DNA of 32,000 bases. It comes from Acinetobacter wanghuae (GTDB lineage Bacteria > Pseudomonadota > Gammaproteobacteria > Pseudomonadales > Moraxellaceae). A program made the translations under genes and the position numbers. The notes under the pieces were generated by a model. That model ran no database searches. It saw only the letters and a program-made list of their open reading frames with translations, and had not been told where the DNA came from. Of the stretch, positions 8,927 through 18,286 are shown in pieces; position 1 is the stretch's first letter; each line of letters starts with the position of its first letter. Location of the stretch: NCBI RefSeq assembly GCF_009557235.1, contig NZ_CP045650.1, positions 600,001 through 632,000 of the forward strand, written 5' to 3'.

Positions 8927-10591
8927 ATGAAAAGAAGTCGACTTCGCCCCTTAGTCTCTGCGATTTTATTAACGGGCTTTTCCAGTGCTGCATTTGCGCA
9001 ATTGGGGACAAATTTATCAGTTGATTTAAGATCATTGGCTCTGGGTAATGCGGTAACCGCAGATCCACCCGGTGTTAATGCGGTACATTTTAACCCGGCT
9101 GGCTTGACTAAAATTCAAGGCTTGCAGACTGAACAGCAAATTATTGTCGCGGATTTTGATATTCAGCGCGAATTTACTGTGCCTGCTGGATATAACGTTT
9201 TTGGTTATTCAGATGACCCTTTGGTCTGTAATGATGGCCCAGAAGTCAATTCTGACTTATGTACAGATTTTAAAGGACCCGTATCTGGCGATGTAGAATA
9301 TGTCAGTCTATATGTTCCAATTTTGAAAAAAATGGTGGATTTAGGTAAAGGTGTACCGATGGTCGCACCGACGATGGGTATTGCCTACAATCCGCCAGGC
9401 TCTAAAGCAACCTATGCGACAGCCGTATATGCACCATTGATGGCAGGTTTCGGTGCTGAAGATGGTAATCCGGGTAACTTTATGGGACAGCAAGTTGCGC
9501 TAGAACGGATTACCTATTTATCACCAAGTGTGGGTTATCAAGTGAATGATCAACTCTCCATTGGTGGTGGGATCGGCATGTCCTATCAAGCCGTTGCCAT
9601 GAAAACAGATTTACGTTTTCCCAATGAATTGATTGGTATGTTGCGGATGATTGATGAAGTGGTGTGTACACCCTTTAAAGACAACTCCGATATTATTACT
9701 GACATTTTGCTCTTGGGGATGTGTAATGCCCAAGAGGGGATGAACCCATTTGGCAAGTTTGGTCAAATGCAATTGGCTTTGGAACAATCCTTAAGTCCAA
9801 GTTTCAACTTAGGTATTTTGTGGGAGCCGACTGAAGATTTTGGTTTTGGTTTGGTCTATCAAAGTGCAGCAAAAATGCGCTTAAAAGGCAAATATCACAT
9901 TGATAACGCGCGTGCACCACAAGAACTGATTAATGGTTTGATGTCATCACCGACAGGTCAAATCTTGGCAGCCATCTTAGGTTTTCCTAATTATATTCCT
10001 TCGAGTGAATCTGGTTTGGTATCCATGGATTTTGAATATCCAGCCCATATTCAAGCCGGTATTAAATATAAAATCATGCCAGATTTACAGATTAACTTTG
10101 ATGTCGGTTGGTCTGATTTTAAAGCATGGGATAAATTTAAATTTGAGTTTGATCGTCAAATTTCGGCACTTAAAATTGCAAAATTACTTTCAGCTGATGT
10201 CACAGATTCCTCACTCGCTTTACCTTTAGGTTTCCAATCTGCATGGAACTTTGGTATCGGTATGGAATACTCTGTGACGGATCGTTTAAAACTACGCGCA
10301 GGCTATGAACCACGTGGTAGTGCGATCCCAGATAACAAACGAAATACTATGGTGCCGATTAACAACGCTCAACTGTTTGGTCTAGGTGTTGGTTATCAAT
10401 TTGATGCAGATACGGAACTAGATTTATCCATTGGGCATTTGCGCAGTAAAGATAATATTCCAGCTAACACGAGTAGTTTGGCAAACCAAACCGGCGTCAA
10501 CAATTTACTGCTTAACCCTTACGCGGGTTTAAATGTAAAAACCGATACGAAAGTGACCATTCTAGGTCTGAATTATAGAACTCGATGGTAG
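8927..10591 (+). CDS. filD: FadL/TodX/OmpP1-family outer-membrane transport protein (FilD-like)
   Basis: Signal peptide ...GFSSAAFA. LALGNAVTADPPGVNAVHFNPAGL is the FadL-family N-terminal hatch motif. The C-terminus is the aromatic-ended strand LNYRTRW. Starts 12 nt after the previous gene. Symbol tentative. Confidence 0.75.
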   Translation: MKRSRLRPLVSAILLTGFSSAAFAQLGTNLSVDLRSLALGNAVTADPPGVNAVHFNPAGLTKIQGLQTEQQIIVADFDIQREFTVPAGYNVFGYSDDPLVCNDGPEVNSDLCTDFKGPVSGDVEYVSLYVPILKKMVDLGKGVPMVAPTMGIAYNPPGSKATYATAVYAPLMAGFGAEDGNPGNFMGQQVALERITYLSPSVGYQVNDQLSIGGGIGMSYQAVAMKTDLRFPNELIGMLRMIDEVVCTPFKDNSDIITDILLLGMCNAQEGMNPFGKFGQMQLALEQSLSPSFNLGILWEPTEDFGFGLVYQSAAKMRLKGKYHIDNARAPQELINGLMSSPTGQILAAILGFPNYIPSSESGLVSMDFEYPAHIQAGIKYKIMPDLQINFDVGWSDFKAWDKFKFEFDRQISALKIAKLLSADVTDSSLALPLGFQSAWNFGIGMEYSVTDRLKLRAGYEPRGSAIPDNKRNTMVPINNAQLFGLGVGYQFDADTELDLSIGHLRSKDNIPANTSSLANQTGVNNLLLNPYAGLNVKTDTKVTILGLNYRTRW

Positions 10592-10602
10592 ATTAAAAAA
10601 CG

Positions 10603-11775
10603 ATGATAAATTTAGGGATGAAATCAATATTATCGCTTGCTGTCTTACAAGGCACGGTTGTATACGCGGGTACATTTCATACCATTATTGGCCCAGATGG
10701 TCGACCACTGGTGGTTCAACGGAATGAATCACCCAAGCCAAAACATGAAAGAGTAAAAAATGTGACGCCTCAAGTGACCACGCCAACAGTGGTCACACCT
10801 TCATCAAATCAACCAATGACCCAACCGCCTGGCGTTTCAACATCACCTACACAGCAGCCTGCACGACAGCAACCGAAACCACTTGAAGACAAACCAATCG
10901 TGCCTTCTGTTGCTGTATTCCCACAGTCTCAACAAGAAGTCGTTGTAAAACTTATTCAGGTTGATAAAACGCCTGAGATTCCACCTAAAACTGAGGTCGT
11001 CGTAACACAGAAATCGGTTGAAGCAGAGGTCGCTGAGCCTGTATCAAAACCGGTTCAAAAGTTAACAACCCCATCAGGTTTTAATGATTTAGATGGTGAA
11101 CAATATGTCAGTAATGAATATTTAGAAGATAAAGAATTTAATCTTGAAGGCAAAAAACGTTTTTACACCATGCCTGAAGGAGTGATGGACAGTAAAGGTG
11201 GAAGTATTCGTTTACAAACCATTGAACGTGAAAAAGGCGTTGGAAAATCAGTGATACAAGCACTGTTTAGGAACAATCGTGTAGCGGACACTGGTCCGAT
11301 TGTTTTAGCATCGACTTATTATCGTGTATCTCAAAATGACAGTATTGAAGGCTTGGGTAAAGCATGTTTCTCGGACAAAAAAATCAAAAAATCTAAAGTC
11401 TTGGTGAAAGATAAAGATGTCAATTTGTGGCCACGTGCACCTTTAGCCAATGATTTTGATTATGAAGTGGTCAAACTAGAAGCACCTGTTCAAAATGTCA
11501 AAATTCATTCTTATGCAGCACGTGAAAACAATCCAACGTTCTATTGGCCTTTCGTGGTGTTTTTAGATGATCAAGCTTGTGTTCTAGAAGGTGCAGGCGG
11601 CTACAAAAACCAAGAATTAGAATCAAATGCCATTCAGCACATGCATATCGAAGGCATTGTGCAAGTACCCAAAAACAGCCATTACATATTAATGACGCCA
11701 TTAGCATCGGCCATTGATGTTGACCAACATGGACTGAGTAATCAAGGTCAACTCAAACTGAGCGTCATCCGTTAG
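10603..11775 (+). CDS. filE: Periplasmic protein with Pro/Gln/Thr-rich spacer and MalM-like C-terminal domain (FilE-like)
   Basis: Signal peptide MKSILSLAVLQGTVVYA (alternative start 10618). A ~120-aa P/Q/T/V-rich segment follows. C-terminal strings IHSYAARENNPTFYWPFVVFLDDQ, HYILMTP and GQLKLSV parallel E. coli MalM strings TSEVNKQTSVFAPNVLILDQN, LYVLVFT and GLLKLKV as I recall them. The domain call is low confidence. Symbol tentative. Confidence 0.55.
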   Translation: MINLGMKSILSLAVLQGTVVYAGTFHTIIGPDGRPLVVQRNESPKPKHERVKNVTPQVTTPTVVTPSSNQPMTQPPGVSTSPTQQPARQQPKPLEDKPIVPSVAVFPQSQQEVVVKLIQVDKTPEIPPKTEVVVTQKSVEAEVAEPVSKPVQKLTTPSGFNDLDGEQYVSNEYLEDKEFNLEGKKRFYTMPEGVMDSKGGSIRLQTIEREKGVGKSVIQALFRNNRVADTGPIVLASTYYRVSQNDSIEGLGKACFSDKKIKKSKVLVKDKDVNLWPRAPLANDFDYEVVKLEAPVQNVKIHSYAARENNPTFYWPFVVFLDDQACVLEGAGGYKNQELESNAIQHMHIEGIVQVPKNSHYILMTPLASAIDVDQHGLSNQGQLKLSVIR

Positions 11776-11780
11776 GGATA

Positions 11781-13811
11781 ATGAAAAAGAGAATAAAGAT
11801 GAAACGTAATAAAAAAATTTTAGCTTTTACACTGACTGTTTTAGCTTCGGCACTCACAGGATGTGGTGGTGAAAGTGCAAATGTCATTCCTGAGAAAAAT
11901 GAAACGACCTCTCTTAATGGATCATGTCTGAGTGGTAGCAATGGCTGCTTTGAGTTTGCACTTGATTATCCTATCGATGGTTTAAATTTCTACTGCGGTA
12001 GTGATACCGAAAATTCATACGTCACTTTGTATGACTTGAATGATGGAACTTCAAGTGGTGCGTGTAAAGCCGGTGATCAAATCACGTTCTTCTTACAAGG
12101 ATCAGACAAGCATAAAGTAGAATTGGGTAAATTCTCACTCGATAAAATCGGTAACATGTCTGTTTCACAGATGCCACGTTTGAGTATTTTAGATATCGCA
12201 GAAGGCATTCGCACCACCGGTGGCAATGCAAACCTAAAAACATCACGTGAAATTGCCATTCGCTTAATCCGTATCATTCAAAGTATTGGTTTAAATGTAA
12301 ACCCGCCACAATCGAGTGCAGCATTAAATTCAAATACAGATATACAACCGATTTTAATTAATGATTCGGTAAGAACTAAACTTGATCTGATGCTGAGTAA
12401 TATCACAGTCGATCAATTTAAAAACACCACAGATAGAGAGTTTGAAAGTCTATTGTCTAAGTGGTTAGATATTTCCAAAGTCTCCAATGCAGACGCTGCA
12501 ATCGTCCTTGATAAACTCCTGATTATTTCAAATGCCGCCGTCTATCAACCTGAATTCTCACTGTTCTCAACTTCAGATTTGATCAATAGTTATCTGAGTG
12601 GTTCCGAGGGATTGGTGGGTTGCGAGGCAGGCAAAGAATGTAAAGCAAGCAATACCACTGTTTCACATCTATTCGGTCACTTTATGCTCATGACAGACCG
12701 TCAGGGGCGTACTTTTGGTAGTGGTTTACAATGGCGTGGTATTCCACAAAGTGCAGCAGGTAGTACCACTGGTTTTGAAACACTCGGTGGATTAAATGCA
12801 CAGTTGATTCGTCAAGTAGCACCTGTTCAAATGACCGCAGCTCCACAAAAGTCTTGGATTGGTAAAGAAGATAAAGCAATTCCTGCAAATCCAGGGTTTG
12901 TCTTTAAAACGCATGATTCGACTGCTGAGACAATGACCATTTATCAAGGGCGTCTATATAACGATTACATGATTGCGGGTACAGAACGTTTTTATAAACT
13001 TTTGACGGGCAAGAAAACTGAGGATGTACTGACACCTGCGCAGAAAAATGAGCTTGGCTTATGGAAGCAATCGGGCGGTTCAAAAGACTATGCCGGAACG
13101 ATGGATCTTTATAAAATTTATCCAATCAGCTATTTAGACAATCGTGTCTTTAAAACCAAAGATAATGTGCAGTCTGGAAATACTTATATTTTTCCGCTAT
13201 ATGCCAATTTAAACTTTAAATTCACGGATACGAGTATTGCATCACAAACGGTACCTGTCGTGATTGATGAAAATGGTGATATTCGTACCAATTTCAAACC
13301 ATCTTCAGCATCAGTTGATGAATGTTCTGCAACTTACGATACCGCAACGATGCAAAGTAACTATGGCGGTACTGTGGAGCAGCAGTACCCAATTGGTACA
13401 GTGTCGCGTGCATTTGTAGCAAATGCGACCTCTCAGCCGACGGATAATACCATTTCAATTCGTTTAATTTTGGGCAATCAAAAATTTGGGAATTTGAATG
13501 GTGCATTAGTTGGCATGAACTCAACCATCAAAACATCAACAGCGAATACAGATGCGATTGTGATCGGTGGTGCGCTAGTTAAACTTCAAAACTTACTCAA
13601 AGCTGATGAAAATACGGCATTAAGCAGTACAAGTACGCCAATTACTGATTCCTCGGGTGCGACTGTCAAATGGGCAAATAGCTTCGCGAGCTTCAATAAA
13701 GTTTTTAGCGGGCAGAATCCAGATGATACGCAGTCTAAAGAATTGGCGAAACTCTCGGGTGGTGAACTCGATTTACAATTGGCATCGTGCTATCGCGTGA
13801 AGAAAAAATAA
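11781..13811 (+). CDS. filF: Large lipoprotein of unknown function (FilF-like)
   Basis: Lipobox LASALTGC after a basic N-terminus (alternative start 11799). 676 aa with several Cys pairs and no domain recognisable by eye. Starts 5 nt after the previous stop. Symbol tentative. Confidence 0.7.
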   Translation: MKKRIKMKRNKKILAFTLTVLASALTGCGGESANVIPEKNETTSLNGSCLSGSNGCFEFALDYPIDGLNFYCGSDTENSYVTLYDLNDGTSSGACKAGDQITFFLQGSDKHKVELGKFSLDKIGNMSVSQMPRLSILDIAEGIRTTGGNANLKTSREIAIRLIRIIQSIGLNVNPPQSSAALNSNTDIQPILINDSVRTKLDLMLSNITVDQFKNTTDREFESLLSKWLDISKVSNADAAIVLDKLLIISNAAVYQPEFSLFSTSDLINSYLSGSEGLVGCEAGKECKASNTTVSHLFGHFMLMTDRQGRTFGSGLQWRGIPQSAAGSTTGFETLGGLNAQLIRQVAPVQMTAAPQKSWIGKEDKAIPANPGFVFKTHDSTAETMTIYQGRLYNDYMIAGTERFYKLLTGKKTEDVLTPAQKNELGLWKQSGGSKDYAGTMDLYKIYPISYLDNRVFKTKDNVQSGNTYIFPLYANLNFKFTDTSIASQTVPVVIDENGDIRTNFKPSSASVDECSATYDTATMQSNYGGTVEQQYPIGTVSRAFVANATSQPTDNTISIRLILGNQKFGNLNGALVGMNSTIKTSTANTDAIVIGGALVKLQNLLKADENTALSSTSTPITDSSGATVKWANSFASFNKVFSGQNPDDTQSKELAKLSGGELDLQLASCYRVKKK

Positions 13812-13824
13812 AACCAATCAAAAA

Positions 13825-13849
13825 AGCCCATCAATTGATGGGCTTTTTT
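13825..13849. terminator. Bidirectional rho-independent terminator
   Basis: Perfect 20-nt palindrome AGCCCATCAATTGATGGGCT flanked by AAAAA and TTTTT. Lies between convergent genes. Confidence 0.85.
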
Positions 13850-13871
13850 ATAGCTTCATTGAAATGATGAG

Positions 13872-14432
13872 TTAACCAGTTTGGTCTAAACGTGAACCTA
13901 AGGTTTCTAAATGCATCGGATAAACTGCATTTTTACGATCTTCAAAATAATGTCTCAACGTGCGTTCTACACTTGGAAAAGCCAATTCACCCCAAGGAAT
14001 ATCAGCTTCATCAAAGAGTCGACTTTCAATGGTTTCTTCACCTGCGCCAAATTTTCCATCGACTAGGTTGGCTTTAAATAGGACATAAATTTGTCCAATA
14101 CGTGGAATATTGTACATACAGTAAAGTTGTTCAATCTCTACTTCCGCTTCGGCTTCTTCGCGCGTTTCACGGGCTGCACCTTGTTCCATAGTCTCTAGCA
14201 TTTCCATGTAACCTGCAGGGAGGGTCCATAAGCCATAACGAGGTTCTATGGCACGTCTGCACAACAGGACTTTATCTTCAAAGAGTACCAATGCACCGCA
14301 GATGACTTTCGGATTGACATAATGAATATAACCACAGCTTTCGCATACACGCCGTATTTTCTGATCGCCTAAAGGGATCTTTTCTGTTGTTTTATGCCCG
14401 CATGCTACACAAAAGTTCATATTCATCATCAA
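13872..14432 (-). CDS. NUDIX hydrolase with N-terminal zinc ribbon
   Basis: CVACG...CESCG is a four-Cys ribbon. The Nudix box is GYMEMLETMEQGAARETREEAEAEV (GX5EX7REUXEEXGU pattern). Confidence 0.8.
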   Translation of the reverse strand: MMMNMNFCVACGHKTTEKIPLGDQKIRRVCESCGYIHYVNPKVICGALVLFEDKVLLCRRAIEPRYGLWTLPAGYMEMLETMEQGAARETREEAEAEVEIEQLYCMYNIPRIGQIYVLFKANLVDGKFGAGEETIESRLFDEADIPWGELAFPSVERTLRHYFEDRKNAVYPMHLETLGSRLDQTG

Positions 14433-14545
14433 GGATAAAAAGTAGAATCAGGATAACTGAAAAATCAAATTTTGGCATCATTTCTATCCGCATGATTCAA
14501 AAATCAGCTATGATAAAAATCAAACAATAATGGAATGCGGTGTAT

Positions 14546-15163
14546 ATGAATGAGCGTGAATTAACATTAAAGTTGCAACAGCGTTTACGGTTTTCGAAAC
14601 GTATTCAGCCTGCGCATGCCGCGGTGTTAATTGCGATTACAGATGAAGCCGATCCGAAAGTATTGCTGACTCGCCGTTCTGCTTATTTAAATAATCATCC
14701 GGGTGAAGTGTCTTTTCCTGGAGGAAAGCGCGATCCTGAAGACACCAGTAATATTGTCGTGGCATTGCGAGAAGCCTTTGAAGAAACGGCACTTAATCCA
14801 TTTGATGTCAATTTGATTGGTGATTTGCCGATGCAAAAAGCCAAAAATGGCATGTTAGTAAAGCCGATTGTGGGGCTGATTCCGCCACAGGTACAACTCA
14901 CACCTCAGCCTTCTGAAATTGATCGCATCTTTTTTGCCTCATTGCGCCAAATCATTGAAACTAAACCAACTCCGTATGAAGTACGCTTTGCGCAGCAATC
15001 GGTGTATTTTCCGAGTATACGGGTTGAAAATGAAGTGGTTTGGGGTTTGACCGCACGGATGCTCATCGCACTCTTTAAATATGGTTTAGATTATAAAAAA
15101 GAATGGCCATTCTTGCTTAATTCGCCTGCATTCCGCCCGATAAAACTCTTTAAAGATCAATAG
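14546..15163 (+). CDS. CoA pyrophosphatase-type NUDIX hydrolase
   Basis: LLTRRSAYLNNHPGEVSFPGGKRD matches the CoA-pyrophosphatase signature (LLTxRSxxxxxHxGxxxFPGG), followed by REAFEETAL. The track starts at GTG 14540, but ATG 14546 is likelier. Confidence 0.8.
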   Translation: MNERELTLKLQQRLRFSKRIQPAHAAVLIAITDEADPKVLLTRRSAYLNNHPGEVSFPGGKRDPEDTSNIVVALREAFEETALNPFDVNLIGDLPMQKAKNGMLVKPIVGLIPPQVQLTPQPSEIDRIFFASLRQIIETKPTPYEVRFAQQSVYFPSIRVENEVVWGLTARMLIALFKYGLDYKKEWPFLLNSPAFRPIKLFKDQ

Positions 15164-15173
15164 GAAGTATTCG

Positions 15174-15704
15174 ATGATTTATCGCTATCAAGGATACAGT
15201 CCCACAGCATTACATCAGCCATGGGATGGTTGGATTGCACCTAATGCAACCGTACTCGGTCAAGTTGAGATGGGTAAACAAGTCAGTATTTGGTTTGGCG
15301 CTGTCGTGCGTGGCGATAACAGTAAAATTCGGATCGGGCATTTTAGTAATGTGCAAGAAAATGCAGTGCTACATACCGATGTAGGGATTGAAATGAATAT
15401 TGGTGACTATGTCACGATCGGTCATCAAGCGATGCTACACGGCTGCACCATTGGCGATAACACCTTGATTGGCATACAAGCTGTGATTTTGAATCATGCT
15501 GTGATTGGTAAAAACTGTATTATTGGCGCGAATGCGTTAATTCCAGAAGGCAAGATTATTCCTGACAATTCTGTCGTGATGGGTTCACCAGGTAAAATTG
15601 TCAAAACGGTTGATGAGGCGACCATTGAAAAGTTGAAAATGAGTGCAATGCACTATGCCAATCATTTCCAAAATTTTAAAGAACTGGTCGAAATCCAACT
15701 TTAA
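15174..15704 (+). CDS. Gamma-carbonic-anhydrase-like / hexapeptide-repeat (YrdA/PaaY/CaiE family) protein
   Basis: 176 aa. IAPNATVLGQVEMG..SIWFGAVVRGD..IGHFSNVQENAVLH..IGHQAMLHGCTIG is a left-handed beta-helix hexapeptide pattern with the conserved His residues. Confidence 0.8.
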   Translation: MIYRYQGYSPTALHQPWDGWIAPNATVLGQVEMGKQVSIWFGAVVRGDNSKIRIGHFSNVQENAVLHTDVGIEMNIGDYVTIGHQAMLHGCTIGDNTLIGIQAVILNHAVIGKNCIIGANALIPEGKIIPDNSVVMGSPGKIVKTVDEATIEKLKMSAMHYANHFQNFKELVEIQL

Positions 15705-15842
15705 ATCGTTTTTCGTACTTGAATAGTCGATGTCGTTGCCCCGATTTGAATGAAATTGTAGCGCACGATGGAAAATGTCGCGTAGTTGCAGGGAGTGGAG
15801 TATTATAATTCACGTTTTTTACTCTCCGAATTAAGGTTGTGC

Positions 15843-16508
15843 ATGAAAGTGCTGGCATTGGAAACTGCCAATGAGCAGTGTTCCGTCTCTGTTATTGATG
15901 ACACTCAAGAATTGTTCTTCCAACTCGATACGCGCGCGAAGGCACAAACACAAACGATTCTCCCTATGATCGAGCAAGGGCTAAACAGCCTGAATATCGA
16001 CGTTTCAGAATTAAGCGCGATTGCCTTTAGCCGTGGACCCGGTTCATTTAGTGGGGTGCGTATTAATGCGGCAGTGACGCAGGCTTTGGCATGGGCGAAT
16101 GATTTATCTGTTATTCCGGTATCGACATTACAAGCTTTAGCTCAAGCAGCCCATCGCTTACATGGTTTGACTGAAGTGACTGCGGTGCTCGATGCGCGTA
16201 TGAGTGAAGTCTATATCGCAAGTTATCAGCTAGATGCCAATGGCATTATGCAAGCCGTCAATGAAGAACAGTTGTTAAATTACAACTTAGGCGCTGAAGC
16301 GGTTGTGTATACACCGATTGGTTCGGGTGCCGATTTAGTTCAAGCTGACGCATCTTTATATAAAAATGTCACTGCGAATGCACAAGACATTGCAAAAATT
16401 GCACGTATTGCAGCCAATTCGCAAAATTGGGTCAGCGCTGAATTGGCATTGCCTGTATATTTACGGGACAACGCGTGGAAAAAAATTCCAGAACAAGGTA
16501 AAGCATAA
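15843..16508 (+). CDS. tsaB: tRNA t6A37 threonylcarbamoyl-transfer protein TsaB
   Basis: MKVLALETANEQCSVSV... and FSRGPGSFSGVRI are TsaB/YeaZ motifs. ATG 15843 (AAGG upstream) is preferred over the TTG 15786 ORF-track start. Confidence 0.85.
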   Translation: MKVLALETANEQCSVSVIDDTQELFFQLDTRAKAQTQTILPMIEQGLNSLNIDVSELSAIAFSRGPGSFSGVRINAAVTQALAWANDLSVIPVSTLQALAQAAHRLHGLTEVTAVLDARMSEVYIASYQLDANGIMQAVNEEQLLNYNLGAEAVVYTPIGSGADLVQADASLYKNVTANAQDIAKIARIAANSQNWVSAELALPVYLRDNAWKKIPEQGKA

Positions 16509-16524
16509 TTAATTAGGATAAAGC

Positions 16525-17349
16525 ATGGATCTTTTACTGCTCCTTAAAGCAGCCATTATGGGTATTGTGGAAGGGATTACTGAATTTTTACCCATTTCCA
16601 GTACAGGGCATTTGATTCTTGCCTCAGAACTCATGAATTTCTGGACAAAAGAAAAAAGTGATGTTTTTGTGATTGCGATTCAAATGGGTGCGATTGCTGC
16701 GGTCATTTATGAATATTGGGCACGTCTTTGGGGTGCTGCAACAGGGATTGTGAGTGGTGAGCCGCAAGGTCGCCGATTGGGCATTGGTTTAATTCTGGCA
16801 TCGATTCCTATTATTTTGGTTGGACTCACCTTAGGGCAAACAGTAAAAGAGCTCTTGTTTAATAATATTGCCATTGCGATTGGGTTGATCGTTGGTGGTT
16901 TAATTATTATTTGGATTGAGAAACATCCACCTAAAGTCCGTGCGCAAGAAGTAGAAGATTTAAGTATTAAAGATGCTATTTGGATTGGTTTGATTCAAGT
17001 CTTGTCTTTAATTCCGGGGACATCACGTTCAGGGGCAACCATTATTGGTGCAATGTTCTTAGGCGTTTCACGTAAGGCTGCGACTGAGTTTTCTTTCTTC
17101 TTGGGTATTCCTGTGATTATTGGTGCAGGGCTGCTCGATTTGTATCAAAGCTATGATGTATTTGATGCGACTCAAGACTGGTGGGTGCTGGGTGTTGGAA
17201 CATTGGTCTCTTTTGTTTCGGCGTTAATCCTCATTCGTGCCTTAGTTGCTTACGTGGCAAAGCGTGATTTCATGGTCTTTGCATGGTATCGCATTGTGTC
17301 GGGTATCTTGATCCTCTTATTTGCATATACAGGTTGGAATTTATGGTAG
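16525..17349 (+). CDS. uppP: Undecaprenyl-diphosphate phosphatase
   Basis: [20 protein letters not shown] and [10 protein letters not shown] are BacA/UppP signatures. 274 aa and polytopic. Confidence 0.9.
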   Translation: MDLLLLLKAAIMGIVEGITEFLPISSTGHLILASELMNFWTKEKSDVFVIAIQMGAIAAVIYEYWARLWGAATGIVSGEPQGRRLGIGLILASIPIILVGLTLGQTVKELLFNNIAIAIGLIVGGLIIIWIEKHPPKVRAQEVEDLSIKDAIWIGLIQVLSLIPGTSRSGATIIGAMFLGVSRKAATEFSFFLGIPVIIGAGLLDLYQSYDVFDATQDWWVLGVGTLVSFVSALILIRALVAYVAKRDFMVFAWYRIVSGILILLFAYTGWNLW

Positions 17350-18161
17350 GCGTGATTCGCTTATATACTGAATCTGACGATCTCGAACAAGCACAGCAAT
17401 TTAAGGCTGTGCTTTTTGCTCGTGGGGTAGACGTCGAGCTACAGCAGATCGACAAATTGAATGCACGCTTTTTACGTTTGCATCCTGATTTGGCGCTTTG
17501 TGTCGATGCTGCGGGCTTATGGTTGTGTGCCAATGGCATGAAAATGCAACCTGATTGGCATGCGGAAGTTGGACGCTTGAAACGTGCTTCCTTGAAGTCT
17601 GAAATGATTGCACGCGCTTGTAATCTTGGGGAAAAACCAAACTTAGTGGATGCTACGGCAGGATTAGGACATGACAGTTTGTTGATGGCGCATTTGGGTG
17701 CAAATGTTACTTTGGTTGAACGTCATCCTATTTTGTTTACTTTGCTTGAAGACAGTCATACGCGTGCACAACAAGATGCCTTTTTGGCAAATGTCGTGTC
17801 GCGGATTCATTTGGTTTTTTCAGATTCAGCAGACTATTTAACAGCGCAAGCACAACAAAAAGCAGTCTTTGATGTAGTGTATTTAGATCCGATGTTCCCA
17901 CAGCGCGACCAAAACCAACAAGCCGTCAAAAAACAAGCACAGGTGAAAAAACAAATGCAGCTCTTGCATATGTTATTGCCTGAACATGGTGAGATGGATT
18001 TGGGCGATAATTTACTCGAATTGGCACAAAAAATTGCCAAACGTGTGGTGGTCAAACGTCCTCGATTAGCCGTATTTTTGGCAGGAAAAGAAACAAATCA
18101 TCAATGGCAAGGGGATGCGTGTCGTTTTGATGCGTATTTTCAGCATGATCTTGTATCTTAG
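17343..18161 (+). CDS. rsmJ: 16S rRNA (guanine1516-N2)-methyltransferase
   Basis: [29 protein letters not shown] and VVYLDPMFP are RsmJ-type SAM-MTase motifs. ATG 17343 overlaps the uppP stop (ATGGTAG). The longer 17283 start would overlap uppP by 67 nt. Confidence 0.8.
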   Translation: MVGVIRLYTESDDLEQAQQFKAVLFARGVDVELQQIDKLNARFLRLHPDLALCVDAAGLWLCANGMKMQPDWHAEVGRLKRASLKSEMIARACNLGEKPNLVDATAGLGHDSLLMAHLGANVTLVERHPILFTLLEDSHTRAQQDAFLANVVSRIHLVFSDSADYLTAQAQQKAVFDVVYLDPMFPQRDQNQQAVKKQAQVKKQMQLLHMLLPEHGEMDLGDNLLELAQKIAKRVVVKRPRLAVFLAGKETNHQWQGDACRFDAYFQHDLVS

Positions 18162-18286
18162 CGGGATATTTGCTTCTAAATTAACCAAGGATTTGCTATA
18201 TAGTTGAAAAATAGCATTGATTAATACTTTATCAGGCATAAACTTATTGAGCGAATCAGCGAGCCACTTTATCTCCACGACATCCT

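Noticed and set aside
10603-11775. TonB-like energy transducer, suggested by the Pro-rich spacer
   Set aside because: The N-terminus is a cleavable signal peptide rather than a TonB-type TM anchor. The C-terminal ~230 aa are much larger than a TonB C-terminal domain and resemble MalM strings instead.
15786-15842. TTG-initiated 19-codon extension of tsaB
   Set aside because: TsaB homologues start at MKVLALET/D.... ATG 15843 has an AAGG upstream, and the extension has no conserved features.
17283-17342. Longer rsmJ start overlapping uppP by 67 nt
   Set aside because: The extension is translated out-of-frame uppP sequence. ATG 17343 gives the usual ATG/stop overlap coupling.
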